Part shown: positions 13,201 to 24,832 of the stretch, piece after piece
How positions within the stretch are numbered: the first letter of the stretch is position 1
Layout: every line of letters begins with the position of its first letter
Assembly (NCBI GenBank): GCA_002633005.1
Contig: NMRA01000041.1
Location: 1,268,611-1,332,610, forward strand
From: Phoronis australis
Lineage: Eukaryota; Animalia; Phoronida
Length of the DNA stretch: 64,000 nucleotides
Direction: 5' to 3'
Program-made: the position numbers and the translations under genes
The notes under the pieces: generated by a model
What the model was told of the DNA's origin: nothing
Seen by the model: the letters and a program-made list of their open reading frames with translations, nothing else
The model's database searches: none

Positions 13201-15817
13201 AGTCGGACGCCTAGATGAAGAAGGTTCTACCAGGTGCCACCGTATTATATAACACAGAAAGAATTTCGATTAAATGCACACGGTGAATCAGTTGCCTTAC
13301 CGGGTACAATTCTTTTTGACAGTAGCTAATCGGTTTGTTCTGAAAGCAGAATGTTGTATGAATATCAAATGAAATGCTACATATATACGCACGTTTATAG
13401 CCTACGTGTTTTATAGTAAAACACAAGTCTTAGATTGAGACATAAGGCATAGCTTGGCGTTCTGCGCAACTACAGACTCCAGGAAGGGCTATAAGCGATA
13501 ATATATAAATGGAAGACTATGAAACATTGCTATTCACTTTGCTTTAAAATCCATGCTTTACTATCACCAAGAGAAAACAAACAGCGTACATTATTTTTTA
13601 ACTGTTTGTAGCTGGATCAAGTCCCGAGACTTTCTAAGTCTTTCGGTCGAAAAATGACGTGTGGTTATTTTCCCTCATCTTCGTACTGTAATACAAAACT
13701 ACACCACTCCATTTTAAAAGAGTCGACAAGGAAACCGACTTGACTCGCTTAAAAACATGCTAAGCTTTATTACCTGATTGGGTTTGATGGTTTCTGATCG
13801 TTGACAGGTGTAAATATCGGGGTTGTGGTCCCAGTCCATCGTTAAATTTGCCTATGGAAAAACCACTTTGAACGTTAACGTTGACAGCGGGGCATTCCGG
13901 GCTGGGCTATCCGAATACATATAGTGGGCAATAAATCAGTTATCTTCTCAGTCAGGACCATAAAGCGGTTGTTAAGCTACGATTACTTGCACAGTTCAAC
14001 AGGAACAGTTGTATAAGTAAGAGCAGAGTTCACAAAGAACTACTTTCACTGATCTTCTATGCTAATTTCAAAAGGTGCATTTTATGTGAAAGACACCCGT
14101 GATATACAACCCTCTGAAAAATTCTAAGCCACCACGGAGACTAGTTAACCCACAATGGGATTGATCAGCAATAAACCGAGAAGTAATACGTGTGTAATAA
14201 ACCGCGGTCCGTATTTCAAGGTTGAATAGTGCCAGCAATTATACTTAAAGGATACTAAACTCTGTTTTGATGATTTCAACCAATTCTCGTTCTGTCACAT
14301 GCTAATGGATCATTGGCGTCGATCGTGATGAAATATCAAAGCAATAATCAACTAAAAATTCATGCACCCTATCTCACAAATTGGACATTATGGTCCTTGG
14401 TGGGTGGTCTTTTCACACAGAAGCGGCCGTGTAATTCGCTAGAAGCGTAGGTCACACTTGTCCGTTTAGCAGACTTTGAAAATAGTTTTCAAATTTTCCT
14501 CCAAACATTTAAGGGTTGTCGAGGACGACAGAATCATTGTGTTCCAGAGAACTGGATGGGAAAGTCGTTCTTAGTATCTAATGTTGGCCAAAATTGGATT
14601 TGGTATCGTTTTAAAAACGTGACCAGTATACGGGACTTCGTTAGAACCATTTTTCGAAATTTCTTTTGTCGTTCCAAAATTTTTCTTGACATAAATAGAA
14701 ACATTATAAAAGGCCAAAGTTGGTTCCAGTGGCTGTCCCAGAGCTGCTTGTTTCTACATATAGTCAGTGTGGAATTTACAAAATGTTTAGCTCATGTTGA
14801 CCATTAAACTTCGCTTTCATTGGCCCGTGGTGGAACTGCTCAACCGATTTACTTCTTTATTGATAAAATGAAGGAACAGCATGTATAAATACAGTTACCT
14901 GGGAATAATGCAGTTGACATAAACACCAAAATTATAATTACCTCGCATTCATCCAAAACACAATGATATAAGCTAAATGTCATCTGACCAAAAAGTTGTA
15001 ACCGTGATTGTTTAAAAACGTGGCTTTCAGCGGAAGAAATCAACAAGTGACCAATCCATGCAAATTTTACTGCAGTAGGTGATAAGGCGAATAACAGTGA
15101 AAATGTTAGCATTTGGAGAACACACCAGAAGCGGGTTTGGTGAATGAATTACTACTCAAAGAGAAAATAAACGTCTTTGACGTTTCACATGCTAAAAACA
15201 ACATGAACAAGTCCATGGTTGTCTAGAAGAAATGATTTTTTGCTTGGTTAATGTTCTAATGGTGTACATTTACAAAAGATTCAACAATGGAAAGTGATGT
15301 AAACGGTTCAGCAAACTGTCTGCATGTTAGTCCTGTGTTCACGTCCGTCCAGAAAATACGAATAAATTACAATGACTGTGTTCAAGCAGCTAATCTCAAA
15401 TTGAGTTAATTTTGTGCTAAGTAAATGCAAAATTACGATGCAGGTATTTTGCTGAAGCGTTTAAGCAGCCTTACTTTATAACATGGACATTAGATACATG
15501 CCAGGGCAACAGTAATTAACGTTTGAAAATGCCTTTCAATGATAATTCAGCAACTCCATTGTTACTGAGGTATCAAGAACGGACTTGCTTTCCCAACTTG
15601 CCTGCCCGGTATCACAATGTTCGTCAATCATCATTGCGGCGCTCTTGTGATCGAAGGTAGGTACTTTCATGCCAGGCGGTCTGCGTGGCCCTTTTACGCT
15701 ATCTAATTTTTTGCCCTGTTTGGGTCCCTTTTGACCTCCATCTTGTTGTTTACTACTCAGCGACGCTGACCAGACGAGTGTCACCACGGTCCCCAGTAAC
15801 AACAGTCTCCCAAACAT
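7158..15817 (-). CDS. Secreted DUF3105 / tumor protein p53-inducible protein 13 (TP53I13)-like protein, 9 coding exons, 299 aa
   Basis: Phase-compatible exons: 15817-15602 (signal peptide MFGRLLLLGTVVTLVWSA...HCDTGQ), 13851-13774 (ANLTMDWDHNPDIYTC), 13339-13301, 12426-12368 (PIHYCTSE), 11519-11441 ([27 protein letters not shown]), 10665-10537 (HGAIALLYDPC...GCMFRHIISA), 8826-8749 (PYALLSWGC), 7945-7823 (DGFFNDTLIEHSQIVSDEKDSVICP), 7256-7158 (acidic tail, TGA). The motifs SGPHRP-W...GEY.Y.PP.R.LH.LEHG...LY.PC and ALxxWGC match the TP53I13/DUF3105 family from memory. Confidence 0.88.
7823..7945 (-). CDS. DUF3105/TP53I13-like exon 8
   Basis: ttccgtag|MHGLQTNEFVVYLDGFFNDTLIEHSQIVSDEKDSVICPHNP|gtaagt. 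Confidence 0.88.
8749..8826 (-). CDS. DUF3105/TP53I13-like exon 7
   Basis: tttacag|PYALLSWGCALLLGHADIDLAVAFTK|gtaaga. Confidence 0.9.
9284..10449. mobile_element. Non-autonomous PIF/Harbinger-like DNA transposon in intron 6 of the DUF3105 gene
   Basis: TIRs cagccgatttcataaaggtggttt / aaaccacctttgtgaaatcggctg; 3-bp TSD TAT (9281-9283, 10450-10452); subterminal aaacc(a/t)ggttt repeats. Confidence 0.8.
9668..9819. mobile_element. hAT-like MITE family A nested in the Harbinger-like element
   Basis: cagaggcggatct...ggatccgcctatg; flanks catag/cgtag. Confidence 0.7.
10537..10665 (-). CDS. DUF3105/TP53I13-like exon 6
   Basis: tttcag|HGAIALLYDPCVDKAELQKLKDVLKGCMFRHIISATDLLDDEH|gttagt. Confidence 0.9.
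11441..11519 (-). CDS. DUF3105/TP53I13-like exon 5
   Basis: tatttcag|[27 protein letters not shown]|gtgaga. Confidence 0.9.
11630..12045. repeat. Degenerate ~55-60 bp tandem repeat (intronic)
   Basis: Recurring aacggttt...aacgttacaagcgtcacactaa units, about 7 copies. Confidence 0.75.
12368..12426 (-). CDS. DUF3105/TP53I13-like exon 4
   Basis: ccttttgcag|PIHYCTSEHVPPNPDHLPV|gtaagt. Confidence 0.85.
13301..13339 (-). CDS. DUF3105/TP53I13-like exon 3 (39-nt microexon)
   Basis: ctttcag|NKPISYCQKELYP|gtaagg, phase 0-0. Confidence 0.7.
13774..13851 (-). CDS. DUF3105/TP53I13-like exon 2
   Basis: tttccatag|...cag|gtaata; ANLTMDWDHNPDIYTCQRSETIKPNQ. Confidence 0.85.
15602..15817 (-). CDS. DUF3105/TP53I13-like coding exon 1 (signal peptide)
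   Basis: ATG at 15817, hydrophobic leader, ends CAG|GCAAGT (GC donor). Upstream acceptor tttccag at 15865-15866. Confidence 0.8.
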
Positions 15818-15931
15818 TTCCCTGGAAATTGGACGAAAATATCTGCCAGACGTCTCTACCGGCACTGGAAATGATGAAACACCAAACTAACAATGTGTAT
15901 AGGAATAACCTTTAGTAAAGCTCGTCACTCC

Positions 15932-16090
15932 CAGTGGCAGATTTAGAGGGGGGCCAAGGGGGCCATGCCCCCCCGAAACTCTCCCAGATTCCATTTGGCA
16001 GTTTGGGGGTGCGAATGTCTAACGAGCAAATCCTGGCCAATACTCTGCCCTGCCCCCCCCCCCTAACTAAAAATCCTGGATCTGCCCCTG
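15932..16090. mobile_element. hAT-like MITE family A
   Basis: cagtggcagattta...gatctgcccctg; perfect 5-bp TSD actcc. Confidence 0.8.
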
Positions 16091-17002
16091 ACTCCTAACA
16101 CACGTGCCGTGAGAAATATTCCCTTCTCTGCAGTATACAACATGTATCACGGAAATGAGTATTCGTAGCGTTTGGGTAGCACTCGATAGTTTTTTTTAGC
16201 CTGACAGTTGAATTTACATGCTTTGTTAATGATTGGCGCGTGTTGAGTCGACTAGGCATTTTAAGGTTTTTGCTGCTTGTGAGAGCTACGAATGGCATTC
16301 ACTTAATTTTTTGTCAGTTCGAACAATTGGCGAAAATCTGCATTCCACCGTCCCATGAGTACCAAAACGTGCTAAGGGAGAAGCCACGAGCATTATGGTC
16401 GCAGCAGCAAATGTTCGTGAGACATCGCCACGCATTGCACAGTGATGCACACATGATCACGGCAGCTATCTTCACGAGCGTCATGTGTCCACAGAACGAG
16501 CTCCGACGTTGACAACTTTCAGTGTTACGGATATGACACGTTAAAAAGAAAAAGGGCACCAACATGTATCAGACGATATTTAGTATTTCTTGCAAACCCG
16601 TCAGATGTTTTCTATTTCGAACATAGAGATGGATATAATGGAAAAATAATTCAAGGGAACAGTACTTTCTCGTACTGCCTCTTTTGAAAACTTAAAAGGG
16701 TAAACTATTTAAATTTGTATTTAAGCATAAGGTACGCATCGCATTCTACATATTTTGACGAAGTTATTCTACGAGACAATAAAAGTTTTGTTTAAATGTA
16801 ACCTAAGAAAAAACACGTTAAAAATACTAAGGACCTAAGTCACACGTCATTTCTCTGGGCGTCAGTTGTAGAATAATTAAGAATTTGGTTCGTAATATAC
16901 ATCTACTGATAGAGAAATGGACCGAATGTTTAACCCTCCAGATGTACATGTACACCTGCATTTGTTTCCCGCGTTGTCTAGCTTACATGCACGTGTACTT
17001 AC

Positions 17003-17080
17003 CAAAAGACTTCTTCAGTTTCGTGCCTTCCACCCGATCAAGTTTCTTACTGAGACAAAATCCGCGGTATCTCAGACTGA
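17003..17080 (-). promoter_or_regulatory. Putative TSS / non-coding first exon of the DUF3105 gene
   Basis: Inr-like TCAGTC at 17075-17080 (minus) and a strong donor TTG|GTAAGT at 17001-17002, which could splice to the acceptor at 15865-15866. Confidence 0.45.
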
Positions 17081-17765
17081 TAATTGGCAAGATACATGTA
17101 CAACACGCCCACAGGAATCGTCATCGACAACAGATGCCCGCACTGACGACGAATGTCACGTACATTGTTAAAGTCAAGGGTAATTTTGTACAATTACCGC
17201 GATATATTTAATTCTTGTATCAGGGTTCTAACGTCAGCTGCCGACACTAGTCATTGACGAATCCCAAACTTCCATTCACACCCGAAAAAATATTTCAGTT
17301 TTCCGAACCGTTTGTTGACTTATACAGCTACATTGTAGATGTACTTGTATGAGCCTCAACAGAACTGTCATAGTGCCTTCGCTAAGGCTAAATGTTCTTG
17401 CAAATTTGACGAGATTGTGGAGCCTAGCTAGCATGTGACCACGTGATGCAAACGGTTTAAGTGACCACCTGTTACAAGGCACGTACATGCACAGGTTGCA
17501 TGTAAAATAAAACAGTGGAAATTGATCGAAAATGTTATATTAGAAACTAAATTTTCAAAATAATTCGCTTTGAAATGCTGCAACCCGTAGTCGCCGCTAT
17601 TTCGAATATAGACTTGGTCAACTTTGCACAATGATTGAAAATTTAATAGCAACACAACGTTGTGAGTATCAGTAATATAGTAAAACTATGAAACGAAGTC
17701 TCGATTGCATGAAAACATACCGAATTATAAGGATTTATATTGACTTAACGTTTTAAATTCATAAA

Positions 17766-18410
17766 ATAAATACACAAAACGTACCGAGAGTGGCGTTGAT
17801 GACGTAATATCCCACGAAAAATTATTCCGCGTACATGTATTATTCCAAACGAATCAAATTCCTAAGTTTCTTACAAAGTCATTTTTCGCCAGATTTTTCA
17901 AATACTTCTCTCAGACTGCTCACGTGGCGGATCACAACCTACATGTGTGTACTTGCGCGTTAGGTTGCAAGTTTTCTCTAGTAAAAGAAATAGTTTTAAA
18001 TGTGACGATTTATTACTTGAAAAGAGACAACAAAGATGAAGCACGGGTAATTGTGCATTGAACTTGTAACATCTTCTGAAAATAGGAATCGGCGCCTGAG
18101 TTGCAAACGAAATAATATTTAGCAATTGAAAACTGAGACAGAACTGTCATATAATCAACAGTCCTGTTCCAGATGTTACGATTGAGACATGCTTGTATGT
18201 TGAGCGTTATTTACACTGCTATGATTGCATTACTTTAAACTATTTTCCAAACTTTGGTGATCGAACCGGCTGTCAACATCGAGTCCACATTGACCCACCT
18301 TTTGAACTTTCCATGTCAGGGGTCGCTGTTGAAGTAGTGCGGGAGGTGAATACGGAAAACATTATTACTTGGCTGTATTTCCCTCGACTGATTCGACGCG
18401 TATAGGATAA
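17766..18410 (-). repeat. Interspersed repeat, right copy of an inverted pair (partner 6046-6697)
   Basis: See partner. The spurious ORFs 6436-6630 and 17898-18125 share the translation LFSSNKSSHLKLFLLLEKTC. Confidence 0.9.
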
Positions 18411-19849
18411 ATTCCGATAAGGGCCGCAGGCACCAGGATTCCGATACGGGAACGGATTCCCGATGCGGGGTCAGTGGAACAACACGAAACCTCGATTAAG
18501 TACGCACTGCAGATACTGTAGCCAGTCAGCTAGCTGATTGAAGACTGTCGTCCAAAATACAGCTTTAAGGTACTAATGTGTGTTGAGCTCCGTTAGACCC
18601 CAAAATTTTTGTTAGTCACCTCGTACATGTAGAGCCAACGACCGACGAGGCTGCATGCAAAATCTGGGAGTCAACCGACACTCACCTTGCCCGTCCCAGG
18701 CGTTTAAGTGAAAAACAATCTAATAAACGTCATTTCCTTGCATAATTCTCCACTTTTTATAACAAAGAAAAGTCTGTTGGTTTGAAAACAGTACGCTCGT
18801 GACAAGCGCACGCGCCATTTCCTAAAATTTTGCGACAATCCTTCGGAAAACGACAACAGCATCGCAGCAGCAAAATTTATTCTGAAATTTGGTTAGCTGG
18901 TATTAAAATACTAAAAACTTGTAACAAAATGAAACCAATTCCGATAAGTTGTTGCGGCATCTACGCAATCTCGTGGAAACTGACGTCATAACATTCAGTC
19001 ATTCCAATTGGTTGAAATATGGGAAACCCCTTTCAATTTAAAGTTACCGAGTATGGCGACCACCTTTGACTTGAATAGTTGCATTTTATTAAAATGGATA
19101 TGATCGAAGTAAACAAAATCAATCGAACGCAGTGGCTTAAGCCCAAATAAGTACAGTGCATAAAGGCTTGTGCAAGTAGTGGCGATGTGATCGGTGTACT
19201 TCCGACCAAAGCATGCGCAATGATGGCCACACACGGAATTCGTTGTCCTTCAGTCACAGCCACAGGGCCAATTTTCAGTATAGGAGGCGCTGTGTCAGAG
19301 GGTAGTGGAAGAGAAGTTGATTGAAAAATCGCGGATCAGAAACTGCCCAATAGGTGACGGCGCCGAAAGCCGACCCCAAAGAGCGCACTATAACTTTAGC
19401 AGTAGGTGAACGGTAGAATGCCAAATTTTCTAACACCGGTAAATAATTTAGTTTACTCAAAAAACACTGGTGTAGCCTTTAATGACACTAATTTTGCGTC
19501 AGATTTTATTTGGTCATGTTTTTACCTACATCGGCGCAAAGCTGTAGATTTAGTATACAGATTTGCACCAAGGCTAGAGCAGATCTTGTTAATCGGGAAT
19601 TTTGTGGCCAGGTCTTGTCGCGGATACGAATCTGTTGCGCAGTTAGGCTTAGTTGGCACGATGTCATATGTACCACCTTACTCTGATTGGTTGAGAATTT
19701 CTCTGGGGCACTCGAAGGGGCTACGAATTATGGGCAGTGTAATTTACGTCGCAATTAATTACTTTCTATGGTGTGCAAGAAACAAAAATAATATTTCATT
19801 AAACCATACTGGTATTTCTGGTGTCTGGATGTTTTGGTCGCGGGAGGCT

Positions 19850-20022
19850 ATCTTTAAACCTGGCTTTACTAAACCCGCTCCCTGGTCTCATCAAGTCAGC
19901 CAAGCTTTCAGGTTCAGTAAATCATGTCGCTGAAATGCAAGTTAGGTCCAAATTTAGACGAGGTTTAAGAGTACTAGGTATAAAACTTGGTTTTTTAAAC
20001 CTGACCTTTGAGAGATCGGTTG
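19850..20022. mobile_element. Right-end fragment related to the 9284-10449 Harbinger-like element
   Basis: tttaaacctggctttactaaacc...ctttgagagatcggttg resembles 10280-10449. Confidence 0.6.
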
Positions 20023-20079
20023 ACAATGCTTCAATTTATTTTAAAAGAAGTCGTGCATGTATGTTTGAACCTCCTCTCA

Positions 20080-23000
20080 AATTATTTAGGCTTATGATTG
20101 GTTGTACAAATGATGTCAAGTGGCTTAGCAACAAAGGCTGGCACTCCCAACAAGAGCATAGATTGGTATCTCCGTCCAAGGAGCTCGATACACTTTGTTT
20201 TTAGCTCATTGCTCCGTCACAGTAATTCTCTTTCAATTTTGATCCTATTTTGATGTTCGGTGCCGGCAACACATTTATAACCTCCTATCTGCGCATACTA
20301 CATTGGTGTTGGCATGCATTTAATCAGTGGTGTTGTTAGTTTATGGTAAATGCGCAGCATTAAAGGGACACCCATCGGGCCGGTCAACTCACTTCACTTT
20401 CCAAATAAGTAAGTCGATAGTCAGGGAAGTGACTGTGTTCGCTTGCATGAAGCCGACTGCTCGACCACTTTCTTGTTTTGCTATAGCAAACGGGAGAAAC
20501 GATTCTATGGCGTGGTTCAAAATTTCTGTTAGGATCTTCTGAACCCCAGTCCCGGACCAGCAGGCATCAATACACGATAGGCCTTCAAATTCCCGTCCAT
20601 ACCCAGGCCTCTGACCAAACTCCAGTGTTAAGTCCGGGTGAGGAATCTGGTCGCCGCCTAGAGAATAAACTTTCGGGTCACCGTGTATCGTGGAGCATTT
20701 TCGGTTCTTGGGGGTTCTGTTTTGGAGCGCGGTCTGGGGATTTGCACCGTGGGTTTGGTGTCTGACTAGGGTTTATAGATGTCCGTAGCAGGAATTCAGA
20801 GGCGAAGACATGGAACCGTTTCCACCCCCTGTACACAATCTTGCTGATTCTGTTTGGTTATACTAACACAGATTACAACTAGTATCCACATGTATTTGCT
20901 TGAAACTAAAGAAGCCGGAGTCAAGCAGGCTTGTTACACAGCCCATCAACCTGTTCAAAAGTTTAGCTTTTGACCATGACGTGGCCAGTTTTATTAATTT
21001 CAATTCCTCACGTAATTTGCGGTTTTTCATTCACATGAGCCCTATAGAGATTTTGATAAAATTTTATATAATTTGAAGTACCTGAGATAATTCAGTCATT
21101 AAACCCATAGAATTAAGAGGTCTGACGCTGCAAATAAATGGTACTGTACGTGTTTACTCTTCAGTACCTAGTTAGGCCTAGTTGCAAGACTTCTCGTCAA
21201 AAATATCACTACACAACTGACAACCAAACGCTACTAATGTGAAGTCACTTCTGCCCGTTAAATCTCAGAGCGCTCCACTGACCGTGGTGTGAGGTACACG
21301 CAGAAAATGTTGTAGCAAATGTTACGCATGTGGGTTCTGTGAAACTGTCGGAGACAAATCCTGCGCTCAGTCGAATTTCCAACTCTGTTCCGTCGCAAAA
21401 TTACGGCAGCGATTGATGACGCCAATCCCATTATTGGTGACGTTGCCTAGCATCATCGCACACATCAAGTCAAAGCTCAGAAGGTCGTCTGCTCGCTCGC
21501 CAAAAATCTTGCAAGATCTTGTGGTGCGATTTTCCGTGCTTATGTCAAACTCTAGAGTGGCGAGTTTTAGCGTACTCACCCCAATATTCAGCTGCAAAAA
21601 TACACACAAGCTGTAAGAACTGGATCATTGATGACACCATCCGTGTGAAAGCAAATACATGTACATGTACAACCACCAAAGTACGATAAAGAACAGATGA
21701 TTTGCTACGATTGTTACGAGAGAATGTACAATTCAGTAAAATCTCACTCTTTGTTCTCAGACAAAAAGTACATGAGATTAACTCAATTTAATTTGGAGCG
21801 TTTACAAATAAATTAATCTAATTTTTAAACAGAATTTAACGAGACACACCAAGGCACGGGACGTGCGTTGCGGTGGTGGCATTCATGTAGGGGACCAATT
21901 TTACTGAGAAAGGCGGCATCCGCGTATGGGCATTTCGGTCTCACATCAGTTGAGGAGGGGAAGTGGAATGAGCGACCCAAAGTGATCAGTTGGACATGCT
22001 TTAGAAAATTAATAAAGCCCTTTCTTACGATGCATACTTCATGAATCTTTTCAGGACTTACCGCTACAGTTGCAGTTGCCAGCTCGATTGTATTCCGTCC
22101 GACTGGTTTTACGAGAAAAGTAGACGCACAAACTTATGGCGGCTGCTGAGATGACAAGAAATATTACTGTGCCCGAAATAATACTCACGACAATCGTTGT
22201 GTCTCCGGCTCCCCATTCTGGAAATGTAAAAACTAAATGTCCCACTTGCAAACTATTCACTGTTTGCGAATCTACTGGGTGTAAACAATTGAAATGACAC
22301 TCAGGTTATACAAAATATATCATAAAACATCTATCAATCCTTTAAACTTTTAAAAATCATTTTACTTAGTGCGCTATCTTATAACGCCTCCAACACACTG
22401 AAAATGAGGGAGGCGATTTGTCCATGATTAATTCGGCTGATTNAATTATTTAGGCTTATGATTGGTTGTACAAATGATGTCAAGTGGCTTAGCAAAAAAG
22501 GCTGGCACTCCCAACAAGAGCATAGATTGGTATCTCCGTCCAAGGAGCTCGATACACTTTGTTTTTAGCTCATTGCTCCGTCACAGTAATTCTCTTTCAA
22601 TTTTGATCCTATTTTGATGTTCGGTGCCGGCAACACATTTATAACCTCCTATCTGCGCATACTACATTGGTGTTGGCATGCATTTAATCTGTGGTGTTGT
22701 TGGTTCGTGGTAAATGCGCAGCATTAAAGGGACACCCATTGGGTCGGTCAACTCACTTCACTTTCCAAATAAGTAAGTCGATAGTCAGGGAAGTGACAGT
22801 TTTCGCCGGCTTGCATGAAGCCGACTGCTCGACCACTTTCTTGTTTTGCTATAGCAAACGGGAGAAACGATTCTATGGCGTGGTTTAAAATTTCTGTTAG
22901 GATCTTCTGAACCCCAGTCCAGGACCAGCAGGCATCAATACACGATAGGCCTTCAAATTCCCGTCCATACCCAGGCCTCTGACCAAACTCCAGTGTTAGT

Positions 23001-24832
23001 CCGGGTGAGGAATCTGGTCGCCGCCTAGGGAATAAACTTTCGGGTCACCGTGTATCGTGGAGCATTATTTCGGTTCTTGGGGGTTCTGTTTTGGAGCGCG
23101 GTCTGGGGATTTGCACCGTGGGTTTGGTGTCTTGTGGTTTGGGTCTGACTAGGGTTTATAGATGTCCGTAGCAGGAATTCAGAGGCGAAGACATGGAACC
23201 GTTCCCACCCCCTGTACACAGTCTTGCTGATTCTGTTTGGTCATACTAACACAGATTACAACTAGTATCCACATGTATTTGCTTGAAACTAAAGAAGCCG
23301 GAGTCATGCATGTTTGTTACACAGCCATTCAACCTGTTTAAAAGTTTAGCTTTTGACCATGACGTGGCCAGTTTTATTAATTTCAATTCCTCACGTAATT
23401 TGCGGTTTTTCATTCACATGAGCCCTATAGAGATTTTGGTAAAATTTTATATAATTTGAAGTACCTGAGATACAAAATGTAATTCAATCATTAAACCCAT
23501 AGAATTAAGAGGTCTGAAGCTGCAAATAAGTGGTACTGTACGTGTTCACTCTTCAGTACCTATTTAGGCCTAGTTGCAAGACTTCTTCGTCAAAAATATC
23601 ACTACACAACTGACAACCAAACGCTACTAATGTGAAGTCACTTCTCTCCGTTAAATCTCAGTGCGCTCCGCGGACCGTGGTGTGAGGTACACGCAGAAAA
23701 TGTTGTAGCAAATGTTACGCATGTGCGTTCTATGAAACTGTCGGAGACAAATCCTGCGCTCAGCCGAGTTTCCAACTCTGTTCCGTCGCAAAACTACGGC
23801 AGCGATTGATGACGCCAATCCCATTATTGGTGACGTTGCCTAGCATCACCGCACGCATCAAGTCAAAGCTCAGAAGGTCGTCTGCTCGCTCGCCAAAAAT
23901 CTTGCAAGATCTTGTGGTGCGATTTTCCGTGCTTATGTCAAACTCTAGAGTGGCGAGTTTTAGCGTACTCACCCCAATATTCAGCTGCAAAAATACACAC
24001 AAGCTGCAAGAACTGGATCATTGATGACACCATCCGTGTGAAAGCAAATACAACCACCAAAGTACGATAAAGAACAGATGATTTGCTACGATTGTTATGA
24101 GAGAATGTACAATTCAGTAAAATCTCACTCTTTTACAGTGTTCTCAGACAAAAAGTACACGAGATTAACTCAATTTAATTTGGAGCGTTTACAAATAAAT
24201 TAATCTATTTTTAAACAGAATTTAACCGGACACACCAAGGCACGTGACGTGCGTTGCGGTGGTGGCATTCATGTAGGGGACCAATTTTACTGAGAAAGGC
24301 GGCATCCGCGTATGGGCATTTCGGTCTCACATCAGTTGAGGAGGGGAAGTGGAATGAGCGACCCAAAGTGATCAGTTGGACTTGCTTTAGAGAATTAATA
24401 AAGACCTTTCTTACGATGCATACTTCATGAATCTGTTCAGGACTTACCGCTACAGTTGCAGTTGCCAGCTCGATTGTATTCCGTCCGACTGGTTTTACGA
24501 GAAAAGTAGACGCACAAACTTATGGCGGCTGCTGAGATGACAAGAAATATTACTGTGCCCGAAATAATACTCACGACAATCGTTGTGTCTCCGGCTCCCC
24601 ATTCTGGAAATGTAAAAACTAAATGTCCCACTTGCAAACTATTCACTGCATGTTTGCGAATCTACTGGGTGTAAACAATTGAAATGACACTCAGGTTATA
24701 CAAAATATATCATAAAACATCTATCAATCCTTTAAACTTTTAAAAATCATTTTACTTAGTGCGCTATCTTATAACGCCTCCAACACACTGAAAATGAGGG
24801 AGGCGATTTGTCCATGATTAATTCGGCTGATT
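20080..24832. repeat. 2.4-kb tandem duplication (20080-22442 / 22444-24832) joined at a single N; probable haplotype false duplication
   Basis: Near-identical copies with scattered SNPs and indels. The junction is exactly the N at 22443. Confidence 0.92.
24448..24603 (-). pseudogene. Transmembrane exon of the receptor-like (pseudo)gene
   Basis: tttccag|EWGAGDTTIVVSIISGTVIFLVISAAAISLCVYFSRKTSRTEYNRAGNCNCS|gtaagt, phase 1-1, basic stop-transfer residues. Confidence 0.7.

Noticed and set aside
19406-20204. 175-aa and 127-aa ORFs
   Set aside because: No recognisable motifs or splice support; they overlap TE fragments.
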